NCBI GenBank assembly: GCA_964439205.1
Contig: CAYTNM010000013.1
Location: 3 to 64,002, forward strand
DNA: 64,000 bases
DNA from: an uncultured Ohtaekwangia sp.
GTDB lineage: Bacteria; Bacteroidota; Bacteroidia; Cytophagales; Cyclobacteriaceae
Reading direction: 5' to 3'
In this document: positions 1 to 9,986 of the stretch, piece after piece
Layout: each line of letters begins with the position of its first letter
How positions within the stretch are numbered: the stretch's first letter is position 1
Program-made: the position numbers and the translations under genes
The notes under the pieces: generated by a model
Databases searched by the model: none
What the model was told of the DNA's origin: nothing
What the model saw: the letters and a program-made list of their open reading frames with translations, nothing else

Positions 1-5
1 TAATT

Positions 6-38
6 AAACCCCCATACCACAAAGTATCGGGGGTTTTT
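6..38. terminator. Probable intrinsic terminator hairpin
   Basis: AAACCCCCATAC-cacaaa-GTAT(C)GGGGGTTTTT inverted repeat with one bulge and a T-tract, downstream of the M16 gene. Confidence 0.6.
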
Positions 39-117
39 GTATTCAGGGGGATGGAGAAAATCTTTGTTGCAGATTGTTATAATTCTCAGGCAACAGCTCA
101 AAGTTCTACGGGCTGGA

Positions 118-1377
118 TTAGCCAACTAAAACCCTATGAAATTGACTCATGGAGAAGTGATTACGGGCAAGCGACTGTAGTTCGAAAGAATTGATGCGAT
201 CTACTGTTGTGTAGAGATTGCTATAATGGGAATGCGGCAGATTGAACAGAATGATATTCCTGATCTTGTCCATCACCGAAAATGGATTTGACAAGTCTTG
301 TTGAAGAGAACCAAGTAAGTGATTCTTGGCTATCAGCAATTCACTTTCAGAGATAGATTTTTGTTGAAGCTCCTGGATTTCTTTCATTATTTCTTCTACA
401 GCTATACTCACATTCCCCTTATTTACTTCAGCGCCAATAACAAAAAAGCTTTCTCTTCCAAGAGGATTAACGGATGAACTTATGCCATAGGTCAACCCCT
501 TTTTCTCCCGGATGTTTTTCATCAATCGGGAACCAAAGTATCCTCCTAAAATATGGTTGAGTAGTAAAAGATGAGGATACTCGGGGTGTATTCTATTCAA
601 ACTCAAACAGGCAATTCGGATGGCAGATTGAATACTTTCTTTTTTATCTAACGTATGGACGAATTGTGTGCTTGACTGACGCACGTGACTGGTGGTTGTA
701 TCTTTATTTAACAAAGGAGATTCCTCAAGAGCAGATTGAACAAACTCACCATTGACCGAATTATTAGTTGTCACAAAGACTGCTACCGGAGTCAAAAAAT
801 TTGAAGCATACTGTGTTAGATGTAGGCGTGTGAGCATTTGGACATCTTCGGCAGTTAATGAATTCCCGTAGGGATGCCGATTTCCAAAAAGAAGTTTCCG
901 AATCCACTGCCCCGCAACAAAGCTGTTTTTTTCCTGATTCACTCGTAAGTTTTGTACGAAAATGTCTTTTTGAAGAGAAAGCTCCTCCTCCGGAAAACTT
1001 GATTCTCGTATAATCGATAGCAAGTACTTGAACGTCCGCTCAGCGTTTCTTGTCAATGAATACAAAGAGATAGATGTAAAATCAAGCCCTGGCGAGATTT
1101 CTATTTGTGCGCCTTGATGATCAAAGAAAGTGGCGATTTCCAATGCAGACTTGGTGGGTGTACCTTTTTCCAGCATCATCGCTGTAAAGTGAGCCTGCCC
1201 GGGGAAAGACTCAAACCATTTTCCGGCATAGAAGACAAGCTCAATTTTAATGAGTTCCTGCTGCACAGATGGCAACACTACTAATGAGCAACCATTAGCT
1301 AACGTCTTAAGAGAGAAAGAAGGAAGATAGTAGTTTGCAGACTTGACAAACGGAGGAGCTACCGTACGATCCAGCAT
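118..1377 (-). CDS. M16 (insulinase/pitrilysin) family protein, non-catalytic subunit
   Basis: M16-type sequence; HxxEH replaced by HFTAM; C-terminal GGYFGSRLMKNIREKKGLTY motif. Confidence 0.85.
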   Translation of the reverse strand: MLDRTVAPPFVKSANYYLPSFSLKTLANGCSLVVLPSVQQELIKIELVFYAGKWFESFPGQAHFTAMMLEKGTPTKSALEIATFFDHQGAQIEISPGLDFTSISLYSLTRNAERTFKYLLSIIRESSFPEEELSLQKDIFVQNLRVNQEKNSFVAGQWIRKLLFGNRHPYGNSLTAEDVQMLTRLHLTQYASNFLTPVAVFVTTNNSVNGEFVQSALEESPLLNKDTTTSHVRQSSTQFVHTLDKKESIQSAIRIACLSLNRIHPEYPHLLLLNHILGGYFGSRLMKNIREKKGLTYGISSSVNPLGRESFFVIGAEVNKGNVSIAVEEIMKEIQELQQKSISESELLIAKNHLLGSLQQDLSNPFSVMDKIRNIILFNLPHSHYSNLYTTVDRINSFELQSLARNHFSMSQFHRVLVG

Positions 1378-1379
1378 TT

Positions 1380-2537
1380 TTAATCTTCGGTGACTGTTTC
1401 GTTTTGCTTCAATTTGTTTTCGAAATTCATCATGATGGTGAAACGGATTGTTTCAGCCAAGGCATTCTCCCGTTGGTTAGTGGGTACTAAATAGGCCATA
1501 TCAAAACCGAATTGTTTGAATTGAGCCCCCACTCCCGCTGTTAAATATTTGCGATTTCCTTTATCGGAGGCTTCATGGAAATAACCTAAGCGACCGAAAA
1601 ATTTATCATCATACGAATATTCTACACCTGTGGATATGGATACTTCCCGAAGTTCTTCACTAAAACCACCAGAAGCATCACTGAATGATCCAAAAATTCC
1701 ATTTAGCAAGCTTTCATCTTTGCTTCCATTGCGTGGACTGGGCACCAGCAGCTTATTGAAATCCATAGCAAATGTTAAGCTGTTTTGTGGACCTAAGGGT
1801 TTTTCATAGGCGGCACCTAACCGTAGATTGGTGGGGATAAAATCACGGTTATTGGCATCAGAGTAGGTGATTTTGGCACCAATATTTGTAATAGTAGCTC
1901 CCCACGAAAGGATGGATGTGTTCTGAAGTTCTTTCGTATGATAAATGCCCAGATCTACCGCGACCGAATTGCCGGGTTGCGCATCAATACCGCCATTATT
2001 AAAAGCTCCTGTCAGGTTGGAATGAATATAGCGGAGCGTTCCCCCAAGGCTTAACTCATCTGTTAAAAGTCTGGAGTAGGTAACATCAAATGCAAATTCG
2101 CGTGGGCTAAAGTCACCTAAGCTATTATTGTTTCCATCCCGCAATTGGATGGCTCCCAAGTCGAAATACTTCATGGAGGCAGCAACGGTTTGCTCGCGAC
2201 TGATTTTGTAAAATCCAGATAGGTAGAAAATTGACATATCGTTGATGATCTTACCTAGCCATGGAGTGTAAGAAGCAGAAACACCATATCCTTTTTCTAT
2301 AAAAGCAAGTTTGGCAGCGTTCCAGTAATTGGAGTTGGCATCGGCAGAGGTGGCTACGCCCACATCACCCATGCCTGCTGCACGTGAATCTGGAGTGATT
2401 AACAGAAATGGAACTGCAGTTGTAATAACCCGGTTGGTACTATCCTGGCCAATAAGGGTACCCTGTATGGGCTGAGAATAACCAACAAATGATAAGCAGA
2501 CTAATGGCAGAAAAAAGCCAATGGGTAACTTGTTCAT
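1380..2537 (-). CDS. porV: Type IX secretion system outer-membrane shuttle PorV
   Basis: ITTAVPFLLITPDSRAAGMGDVGVATSAD and SYTPWL motifs, KGNRKY near the C-terminus, directly downstream of porU. Confidence 0.95.
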   Translation of the reverse strand: MNKLPIGFFLPLVCLSFVGYSQPIQGTLIGQDSTNRVITTAVPFLLITPDSRAAGMGDVGVATSADANSNYWNAAKLAFIEKGYGVSASYTPWLGKIINDMSIFYLSGFYKISREQTVAASMKYFDLGAIQLRDGNNNSLGDFSPREFAFDVTYSRLLTDELSLGGTLRYIHSNLTGAFNNGGIDAQPGNSVAVDLGIYHTKELQNTSILSWGATITNIGAKITYSDANNRDFIPTNLRLGAAYEKPLGPQNSLTFAMDFNKLLVPSPRNGSKDESLLNGIFGSFSDASGGFSEELREVSISTGVEYSYDDKFFGRLGYFHEASDKGNRKYLTAGVGAQFKQFGFDMAYLVPTNQRENALAETIRFTIMMNFENKLKQNETVTED

Positions 2538-2563
2538 AATCAGACAATAGGGTTCAAAGATAG

Positions 2564-5500
2564 TTAATTCACCAACAAAAGCTTTGTTATTTGTTCATTT
2601 TGTGAGCCATCCAATCTGGAACGCACAATAAGCTTAGAGAAGTATATACCAGGGTTTAATTTTATCCCTGATGTGCTTAATCCGTCCCACTGGGTAAGGG
2701 TGACCTGGTAGTAGCTGGATAAGACTTCAAACGTCTTTTTTAAGATGGGCAGCCCTTGCGGGCTATAGATAATGATTTGCGCCTCCAAATCATCTCCCGG
2801 ACGACTGTGGATAAATTGAAACGTGGTTCCGGATTCGGCCTCAAAAGGATTCGGGAAATTGTGAAAATCCTGAATTTGAATGCCCCCACCTTCTGAAACC
2901 ACAAAAGTCAACGTCCGGGTTGTTCTATTCAAATATGTATCGGAAGCGGAAAGTGATAGCACATGCCGGCCGGCAGCCAGGTTGAAAACAGGAAAACTCA
3001 CATATCCCCGCTGAAAGGAATCTTTGAACGCAAAGTAATTTGAACTCAGATCAAACGTCAGGGTGTCATTCAGGATCGCTATCATGGAGTGATCTGAATG
3101 CGGAGTGAGCGTAATTCCATTGTCATCAAACAGTTTGGCCACAATAGCCGTTTGAGGCCCTACCACACCGCCCTCAACATACGTTGTGTCACCCATAAAA
3201 AGCTCAATCAAAGGAGGGGTTGTATCACTGGCGGGGGTGGCCTCCTCTCCACCGATGGAAACATTGATGCGAGCTCCAGACGCATCTTTTGAGCGATCAT
3301 TAGCGTAGGCGTACGCTGTGATTTTCCCTTGCCCAACTTGATTCGCTATTGTTTTGGGGGCTATAAAGGTTACTTCAAATTCTCCCTCACTAACCGTGGC
3401 CTGTCCGCGAAACAAACGATCATCAAAATTTAAAAAACTGAAGACAGGATTTTCATCTCCGCGTGTATTTGTTTGAATTCGTTTATTAAAAACGGTCAGA
3501 TCCGCGATCCCATTAAATCCGGTTTGAATCTGATTGTTAGAAGTTATTGATCCTTTAATCCTGACGGTTGAAAGTGCTTTGATACCGTCATCACCCGCAA
3601 GTGTTTTTACTTCATCAATGGAGATTTCTGCTTGTCCGAAATTCAATACCATAGAAGGATCACCCAGGAGCGAAAAATTTCGATTGGCAACACCGCTTTG
3701 GCTATTATTTTTAGTGTCCCGAACAACCTCTCCCAAGGACCGATACTTATTGTTTTCTTTGATAAACAGAGCTTCGTAAAATTCACGGTTTAAGGTAAAG
3801 TTAGTACTCGAATTTACCGGGCGTGCTGTGGTAACCAGTCCTATAGCTCCTTCTTTTTGTAAGAGTATTTTTTCACCGGTGGTGATCTGTTGAGGATCAT
3901 CATTTCGACCAAACTCGCACGTGGCCGTCACAAAGAGCGGGGCGTGTGGCAATCTCTTCCAATCCTGAATGACGGTACCATCTAGTACGCGTTCATCCAT
4001 CCACACTTGTTCTGATCCGTGTCCTGTAAAGTTGATAATCGTAGCGCCATCGGAAATGGTCCGTTGAATATTTTCGGTTGCCTGGGGGCTTCGTTGTCCG
4101 CTGGGCCGGTTTTCCTGTTTAAAAAGATCGATATAGACCTTTCGTGTCTGTAGGTGAGGTTGCGTGTCCTGGATGTACTGAGCCAATAAATCAGCCTGGC
4201 TTTGATGAATGTTAAAATCTCCATCATCGGCCACAAAACTTACTTCGTTCCTCCAGGCTCCATAGGTCTTCGGATTTTTATCGTAGTCAATCAATTTATT
4301 AACGATAATGCGGGCCTCCTCCAGTGTCTTTACCGGCAGGCGCCCAACACCAATTACCATGGCGTGGTTAACAGCCGGACTTTCATTCCAATCTCCATCG
4401 GAAGGCGATAGAAACGTAAAGTAATCATCTGAAGAATATGTTTCCAGGGGAGACAATGAGTTACGGGATTCATAAATAGGGACGAAATTGGTATTCCCGG
4501 AAACACGGTTTTTGTAATCATATGATCCACGACCCACAAGTAATACATTTTTAAGTTTTGGATCGCGATCGTAAAGATTTTTGATAAAATCCCGAATGGC
4601 ACTTACATCCTGCTTGCCGCCTGAGTATTCGTTATAGACTTGTTGGGTGGTCACTACTTGCACAACTAAATTATTGAACGTAACGCGATGATTCGCCAGT
4701 CGTGTAGCTTCTTCCAAAAATGCCGGGTGTGAAATGATTACCAATTCCGGAACGGGCAGTTGATGAAGATTCTGTCGACCGATCTTTTTTTGAAAGGCTG
4801 GTGTTTTTACTCGGTCAGGTTTAAACACAACAAATCGTTTTAACTCTGTTGTGGATGAATTAAACGAGGTAACTGTTCCTTGCTGGGTGGATGATTGCGT
4901 CATCACATTCCAATGATCTGTCACATTCCACACTTGTACTGAGGCATCACTATTGATTATCTGAAAGGTAGATATTGGATTTGCAAGACTATTTTGAGAT
5001 TGAAAAAAAGTAAGGTCACCGTAAAGCGCCAATCTTCGGGTAAGCGTAAACGAAAAAAAATCAAGATAGCCAACCGAAAACCCGGTGCCCTTCTGAAACC
5101 GATATTTGACTTCCTGTGTTACACGGGAGGATGCATTGACGACATTTGAATTAACTGAAGTGGAATCAATTTTCATCCTGCCTTTGATGGCATAGGTAGA
5201 ATTGGGTACTGGACTAATCGGTTGGGTTAAAATGGATATTCCGTTCCAGAAAACATCAAAGGAAGCATCCGTAAATGTTTGCCCCATCACATGAGAGGCA
5301 AACCGGACGGGAGCGTTTTCAACAATGCCTGGGATATCAAATCGGATGGTTGCTTCCAACGCAGCATCAAATTGTTCGCCAAACCATTGCCTTCCTGATT
5401 TTAAAATGTTGTACTTCTCTGTTTCATAAAATCCAAAATCGTCATACGTAGTTACCAAAGGAAACGTTCCCGAAGGGGCAGTTTCACCGGATATTCGCTT

Positions 5501-5947
5501 GCCGGGCTGGGAGGAGATCGTCAGAAAGTAGAAGTGATTGTCATCGTATAGATGATTGGCATACTGAAACATTTGCGAGGAAGGATGATAACGATACTCA
5601 TCCGGACCTTGACCGTAAAATAAGATCACATCGTTAGTATTGAATTTTCCATCAGATTCACCACTGACCTGAATAGCCACTTCCTGCAGGTCAGAGATAC
5701 GATGTGCCGAATTGAGTTGAGGCAACATACCTACGTGGCCGCTGAATACCTGTATGTTTCTGGGATCAATTTCATCAGGCTTAATGCCAGCTTGTTTGAG
5801 TAGATTGTAATCGATTTTGAAAATGCCTTCGGAAGAGACTGAAAACATGTACCATTCCCCCGAATTCAGAACAGAGTTTGTCTGGGCAAATCCCGTGTAC
5901 GGGAAAAGCCAGATCAAGAAAGAAAGGCTAGTTACTAAAAACTTCAA
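2564..5947 (-). CDS. porU: Type IX secretion system sortase PorU (C25 gingipain-like peptidase)
   Basis: 1127 aa, signal peptide, SGRQWFGE, YSSDDYF, GVGRLP, catalytic GHG and TATC, LLGDP, C-terminal T9SS CTD (NFPNPF). Confidence 0.93.
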   Translation of the reverse strand: MKFLVTSLSFLIWLFPYTGFAQTNSVLNSGEWYMFSVSSEGIFKIDYNLLKQAGIKPDEIDPRNIQVFSGHVGMLPQLNSAHRISDLQEVAIQVSGESDGKFNTNDVILFYGQGPDEYRYHPSSQMFQYANHLYDDNHFYFLTISSQPGKRISGETAPSGTFPLVTTYDDFGFYETEKYNILKSGRQWFGEQFDAALEATIRFDIPGIVENAPVRFASHVMGQTFTDASFDVFWNGISILTQPISPVPNSTYAIKGRMKIDSTSVNSNVVNASSRVTQEVKYRFQKGTGFSVGYLDFFSFTLTRRLALYGDLTFFQSQNSLANPISTFQIINSDASVQVWNVTDHWNVMTQSSTQQGTVTSFNSSTTELKRFVVFKPDRVKTPAFQKKIGRQNLHQLPVPELVIISHPAFLEEATRLANHRVTFNNLVVQVVTTQQVYNEYSGGKQDVSAIRDFIKNLYDRDPKLKNVLLVGRGSYDYKNRVSGNTNFVPIYESRNSLSPLETYSSDDYFTFLSPSDGDWNESPAVNHAMVIGVGRLPVKTLEEARIIVNKLIDYDKNPKTYGAWRNEVSFVADDGDFNIHQSQADLLAQYIQDTQPHLQTRKVYIDLFKQENRPSGQRSPQATENIQRTISDGATIINFTGHGSEQVWMDERVLDGTVIQDWKRLPHAPLFVTATCEFGRNDDPQQITTGEKILLQKEGAIGLVTTARPVNSSTNFTLNREFYEALFIKENNKYRSLGEVVRDTKNNSQSGVANRNFSLLGDPSMVLNFGQAEISIDEVKTLAGDDGIKALSTVRIKGSITSNNQIQTGFNGIADLTVFNKRIQTNTRGDENPVFSFLNFDDRLFRGQATVSEGEFEVTFIAPKTIANQVGQGKITAYAYANDRSKDASGARINVSIGGEEATPASDTTPPLIELFMGDTTYVEGGVVGPQTAIVAKLFDDNGITLTPHSDHSMIAILNDTLTFDLSSNYFAFKDSFQRGYVSFPVFNLAAGRHVLSLSASDTYLNRTTRTLTFVVSEGGGIQIQDFHNFPNPFEAESGTTFQFIHSRPGDDLEAQIIIYSPQGLPILKKTFEVLSSYYQVTLTQWDGLSTSGIKLNPGIYFSKLIVRSRLDGSQNEQITKLLLVN

Positions 5948-5950
5948 CGT

Positions 5951-6631
5951 CTATTTTTTGGTTGCTTTTTGAATAAACGAAATACCCAGGTAGAGTAGTA
6001 TAATCAGCGGAAGTGCACCCGCTGCCCAAACTCCCATTAAAAATACGGAAAGCAAGAGGAAGGTAAACCGCCATTGATTGCCAGACCACGTGAAATCCTT
6101 AAACTTTAAGGCAAAAAGCTCAAAAGGGGATACCAGTAAGAATGAGAATATGAAACAAATGGCGACCAGAGCCCACGGCTCAGTAAACAAAAAGGAAGCA
6201 AAAGAGGGCAAAAAGGGAAGAGCCGTGATGAACAAAGCATTAGCCGGGGTAGGTAACCCAATAAAAGAATCTTTCTGATTCTCATCGATGTTGAACTTTG
6301 CCAATCGAAGCGCTGAAAACACTGCCATCAATAGTGCCGTAAAAGGAATAAACAGAGGTAAAGCAGCTTGATCAAGCCATTGGTACATGGTGAGTGCCGG
6401 CAATATGCCAAAACTTACCATATCAGCCAGTGAATCCAACTCTTTTCCGATCGGGGATGATACTTTAAGTCCACGGGCAGCAAACCCATCCAGAAAATCA
6501 AAAAGACAGGCTATCCATACAAAATAGGCTGCCGGAATGGGCGCGTTTTCTAGAATCAGAATAATACCGACACAACCACACAGTAGATTACCGCAGGTAA
6601 GCGCATTGGGAATATGTTTTACGATGTTCAT
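5951..6631 (-). CDS. pssA: CDP-diacylglycerol--serine O-phosphatidyltransferase
   Basis: IPNALTCGNL and CDP-alcohol phosphotransferase motif DFLDGFAAR...GKELDSLAD; RLAKFN; FIGLPTP. Confidence 0.88.
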   Translation of the reverse strand: MNIVKHIPNALTCGNLLCGCVGIILILENAPIPAAYFVWIACLFDFLDGFAARGLKVSSPIGKELDSLADMVSFGILPALTMYQWLDQAALPLFIPFTALLMAVFSALRLAKFNIDENQKDSFIGLPTPANALFITALPFLPSFASFLFTEPWALVAICFIFSFLLVSPFELFALKFKDFTWSGNQWRFTFLLLSVFLMGVWAAGALPLIILLYLGISFIQKATKK

Positions 6632-7281
6632 GAATGTGCTGTTTTGCCCACAAAAGGGTTGTACTTTTTTTCTTCGCCAATGGTTGTGGTAGGGCCATGA
6701 CCTGGATATACCAAAACATCATCCGGCAAACTGAAAACTTTTTGTTTAATGCTTTGAACTAAAACATCCCAATTTCCACCAGGCAGATCAGTTCTACCAA
6801 CACTTCCATTAAACAAAACGTCACCACTGATCAAGATTTTACCATTCTTTTGATAGAAGCCTACATGACCGGGAGAATGCCCGGGTAAAAAAAGTATGTT
6901 CCAGGGAGTCTGTCCAATAGTTATGATTGTATCGGGATTTAACAGATGATCGGCTGTTGCCTCCTGATAGGCTGGAAATCCGTACACACTTGCGTAGGAA
7001 GAAGCTGCTTTTAATACCGCTTGTTCAAGCGGATGAACCCACAGTGGAATCCGATACTTTTCCTTCACATGATAATTTCCCAAAACATGATCAATATGGC
7101 AGTGGGTATTCAGCAAGTGAGTCACTTGAAGACCTTCTTTTTGGATATAATCATCCAATTCCTGCCGCTCATATTTTTCATAGCAGCCGGGGTCTATAAT
7201 GGCAGCCTCCCGTGTTTCATCAAAGATCACATACGTATTTTCGCTGAGCGGATTGAAAGTAAAGGTTTGGATGTGAAGCAT
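6628..7281 (-). CDS. MBL-fold metallo-hydrolase (glyoxalase II/YcbL-like)
   Basis: THCHIDH, PGHSPG, GDVLF, GRTDLPGG, PGHG; start reassigned to ATG 7281, just downstream of a promoter. Confidence 0.9.
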   Translation of the reverse strand: MLHIQTFTFNPLSENTYVIFDETREAAIIDPGCYEKYERQELDDYIQKEGLQVTHLLNTHCHIDHVLGNYHVKEKYRIPLWVHPLEQAVLKAASSYASVYGFPAYQEATADHLLNPDTIITIGQTPWNILFLPGHSPGHVGFYQKNGKILISGDVLFNGSVGRTDLPGGNWDVLVQSIKQKVFSLPDDVLVYPGHGPTTTIGEEKKYNPFVGKTAHS

Positions 7282-7288
7282 ATCCCCG

Positions 7289-7296
7289 CAAAGGTA
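7289..7296 (-). promoter_or_regulatory. Bacteroidota sigma-A -7 element (TACCTTTG)
   Basis: Exact TAnnTTTG match 7 nt upstream of the MBL ATG that heads the MBL-pssA-porU-porV-M16 run. Confidence 0.65.
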
Positions 7297-7424
7297 CAAA
7301 ACCGAAGGTGAGTAGAAACCCGGCTCAGGGCGAGGTATTCCGGACAGGCAACTGACTTTTTTTGACAAACGGCAACTGATCGACCGGCAGGTTGGTTAAT
7401 TTTAGTCTTTCGAAACTCCACTTT

Positions 7425-9968
7425 ATGAAATACCTGGTTACCCTGGTGCTTAGTGTCACCATCGTGTGTGTTGGAATCGCCCAAAAGGATTATTTCTACC
7501 CTGCGGGTCAGAAGTTTAACGCTAGTATCCCCACTCCGGAGGAATTTTTAGGATATCCTCTGGGAAGTCATCATACCCGTTATGATAAAATCGTTGAATA
7601 TTTCAAGCGGATTGATCAACTATCCGATCGGGTAACCATTGAAGAAATCGGTTTATCCATCGAAAAGCGAATTCAAATAGTAGCGAAGGTAACAGCTCCC
7701 ACCAATCATGCGCGTCTGGAGGAGATACGACAACAACATCTGGCCGGAGCCAATGGAAATGCAAAGGCTGACATTCCGTTGGTTATTCAACTAGGTCATA
7801 ATGTTCATGGTAATGAGCCCTCGGGGGGAGAGTCTTCTTTGCTTTCATTGTATTATCTGGCGGCCAATGAAGACGCTGAAACACTGACCTGGTTGAATGA
7901 AATGGTCATTCTTATTGACCCCGTTTATAATCCTGATGGTCGCGACCGATTTTCTCATTGGGCAAATATGCATAAAGCCTCACCGGCCGTAAGCGATCCT
8001 TATGATCGTGAACATAACGAAGTATGGCCAGGAGGAAGAACAAATCATTATTGGTTTGATCTAAATCGCGATTGGTTTTTGGGCATCCACCCAGAAAGCC
8101 GTAACCGGATTGCTTTTTTTCATCGTTGGCGACCCTATGTGATGACCGATGCCCACGAAATGGGCACCAACTCAACCTTTTATTTTGATCCGGGTAAGTC
8201 CAGCAGCAACAATCCAATCGTGCCTAGTTACTTATATGAAACCGTTTACCCCCGTTTTGCAGAATATTTTGCCACGGCTATGAATGGCATCGGAAGTCAG
8301 TATTTTACCAAGGAGGCTTTTGATAAACTTTACCCGGGCTATGGCTCCAGTTACAGTAATTTTTATGGAGGGGCAGGTTTTTTGTTTGAGCAAGCCAGTT
8401 CGCGCGGGCATGTACAGGAAACCACTACCGTACCGATGACTTTTGCTTTTACCATTCGAAATCAATTTGTCGCTGCCCTGGCCACCGTGAAAGCTTCACA
8501 TGCTGAAAAGACGATGCTGATAAAAATGCGAAATGATTTTTTTACTTCGGCCAATCAAGCAAAATCCAATCCGGTGAAAGGATATATTTTTGGTGAGTCT
8601 TCTGATCTCAGTCGTACCTATGCTTTTGTCAATTTGCTGCGACTTCATCAGATTGAAGTTTATGAGAATGCCACCAGCCAAACGCTCAATGGAAAATCCT
8701 TTGAAAAAGGGAAATCGTTTTTGGTTCCAACCGATCAGGTAAATTATGTGATGGTACGTTCAGCCTTTGAGAAAGCAATAACCTATTCTGATAGTCTTTT
8801 TTACGATGCCTCTGCATGGTCGTTGGTACACGCATTTAACCTGCCCCATGCGGAAGTTCGGGGAGCCCTCCCCAAAGGGAATCAGGTAAAAGCCGATCTA
8901 ACTAAAAAAAGCACTGTGCCTGAAAAGAGTAGTTATGCTTATGTAATCGATTTTCAAGACTATCAGGCTCATCGGACACTGTACCAACTGTTAAGTCAGC
9001 AGATCATTGTAAAATCCGCACATAAGCCCTTTACCATGCGGATGTCCAGTGGTGAAAAAACGTTTGGATACGGCACGTTGATTATTCCGGTTCAGCAGCA
9101 ACGATTGTCGGCAGAAGATTTATATGCAAAAATTAAACAAGTAGTTGAGTCAACCAGTGTGGATGCATATGCACTGTCAACCGGCTATAGCCTAAAAGGC
9201 ATTGATCTGGGAAGCGGTGATGCCATCCCCATTAAAAAACCTAAAGCTATGATGCTGGTAGGCCCTGGTGTGTCGGCTTACGAAGCTGGCGAGGTTTGGC
9301 ACGTATTGGATCAACGGATAGGAATGCCTATCACAAAAATTGAGTGGTCTGCTCTTGGGCGAATGAATCTGAATGAATACAACGTATTGGTGATGGTAGG
9401 CGGGAGTTACCCATCAGACAAGGTTACCACAGACAAGATCAAAAGCTGGATACAGAGTGGGGGCACACTCATTGCTCAAAAAAGTGCAACCGATTGGGCG
9501 ATTAAACAAGGATTAGTTAAAGAGAAGGTAGTTGCGCAAGATACCGTGCGGAAAATCAAACGAGCTCCCTATGAGGATGCTGAAAATTTTGAAGGAGCCA
9601 GGCAATTGGGAGGTTCCATCTTTCAGGTAGATGTAGATCGCACACATCCGATTGGTTTTGGGATAGCTGATCGAACCATGTCGTTCTATCGAAACGGTCG
9701 CACCTATCTTCAGCTTTCTAAGAATCCCTATAGCAATGTGGCTCAATATACATCCAAGCCATTAATCGGAGGATATGTTCATCCGACCCAACTGGCAAAA
9801 ATCAGTAATTCGGCAGCCATTATTTCCAGCGGGGAAGGACAAGGGCGTGTGATTCTCTTTACTGACAACATGAACTTCAGGGGTACCTGGTATGGTACCA
9901 GCAAATTATTCCTGAACGCCATGTTCTTAGGTCCGATTATTGCCAACCCGGTTTTGGATGGAGAATAA
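7425..9968 (+). CDS. Secreted M14 zinc carboxypeptidase with C-terminal GATase-like region
   Basis: Signal peptide from ATG 7425, HGNE, NPDGR, GRTNHYWFDLNRD, DAHEM. Confidence 0.88.
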   Translation: MKYLVTLVLSVTIVCVGIAQKDYFYPAGQKFNASIPTPEEFLGYPLGSHHTRYDKIVEYFKRIDQLSDRVTIEEIGLSIEKRIQIVAKVTAPTNHARLEEIRQQHLAGANGNAKADIPLVIQLGHNVHGNEPSGGESSLLSLYYLAANEDAETLTWLNEMVILIDPVYNPDGRDRFSHWANMHKASPAVSDPYDREHNEVWPGGRTNHYWFDLNRDWFLGIHPESRNRIAFFHRWRPYVMTDAHEMGTNSTFYFDPGKSSSNNPIVPSYLYETVYPRFAEYFATAMNGIGSQYFTKEAFDKLYPGYGSSYSNFYGGAGFLFEQASSRGHVQETTTVPMTFAFTIRNQFVAALATVKASHAEKTMLIKMRNDFFTSANQAKSNPVKGYIFGESSDLSRTYAFVNLLRLHQIEVYENATSQTLNGKSFEKGKSFLVPTDQVNYVMVRSAFEKAITYSDSLFYDASAWSLVHAFNLPHAEVRGALPKGNQVKADLTKKSTVPEKSSYAYVIDFQDYQAHRTLYQLLSQQIIVKSAHKPFTMRMSSGEKTFGYGTLIIPVQQQRLSAEDLYAKIKQVVESTSVDAYALSTGYSLKGIDLGSGDAIPIKKPKAMMLVGPGVSAYEAGEVWHVLDQRIGMPITKIEWSALGRMNLNEYNVLVMVGGSYPSDKVTTDKIKSWIQSGGTLIAQKSATDWAIKQGLVKEKVVAQDTVRKIKRAPYEDAENFEGARQLGGSIFQVDVDRTHPIGFGIADRTMSFYRNGRTYLQLSKNPYSNVAQYTSKPLIGGYVHPTQLAKISNSAAIISSGEGQGRVILFTDNMNFRGTWYGTSKLFLNAMFLGPIIANPVLDGE

Positions 9969-9986
9969 ATAATCGCGTGTGGGTTG

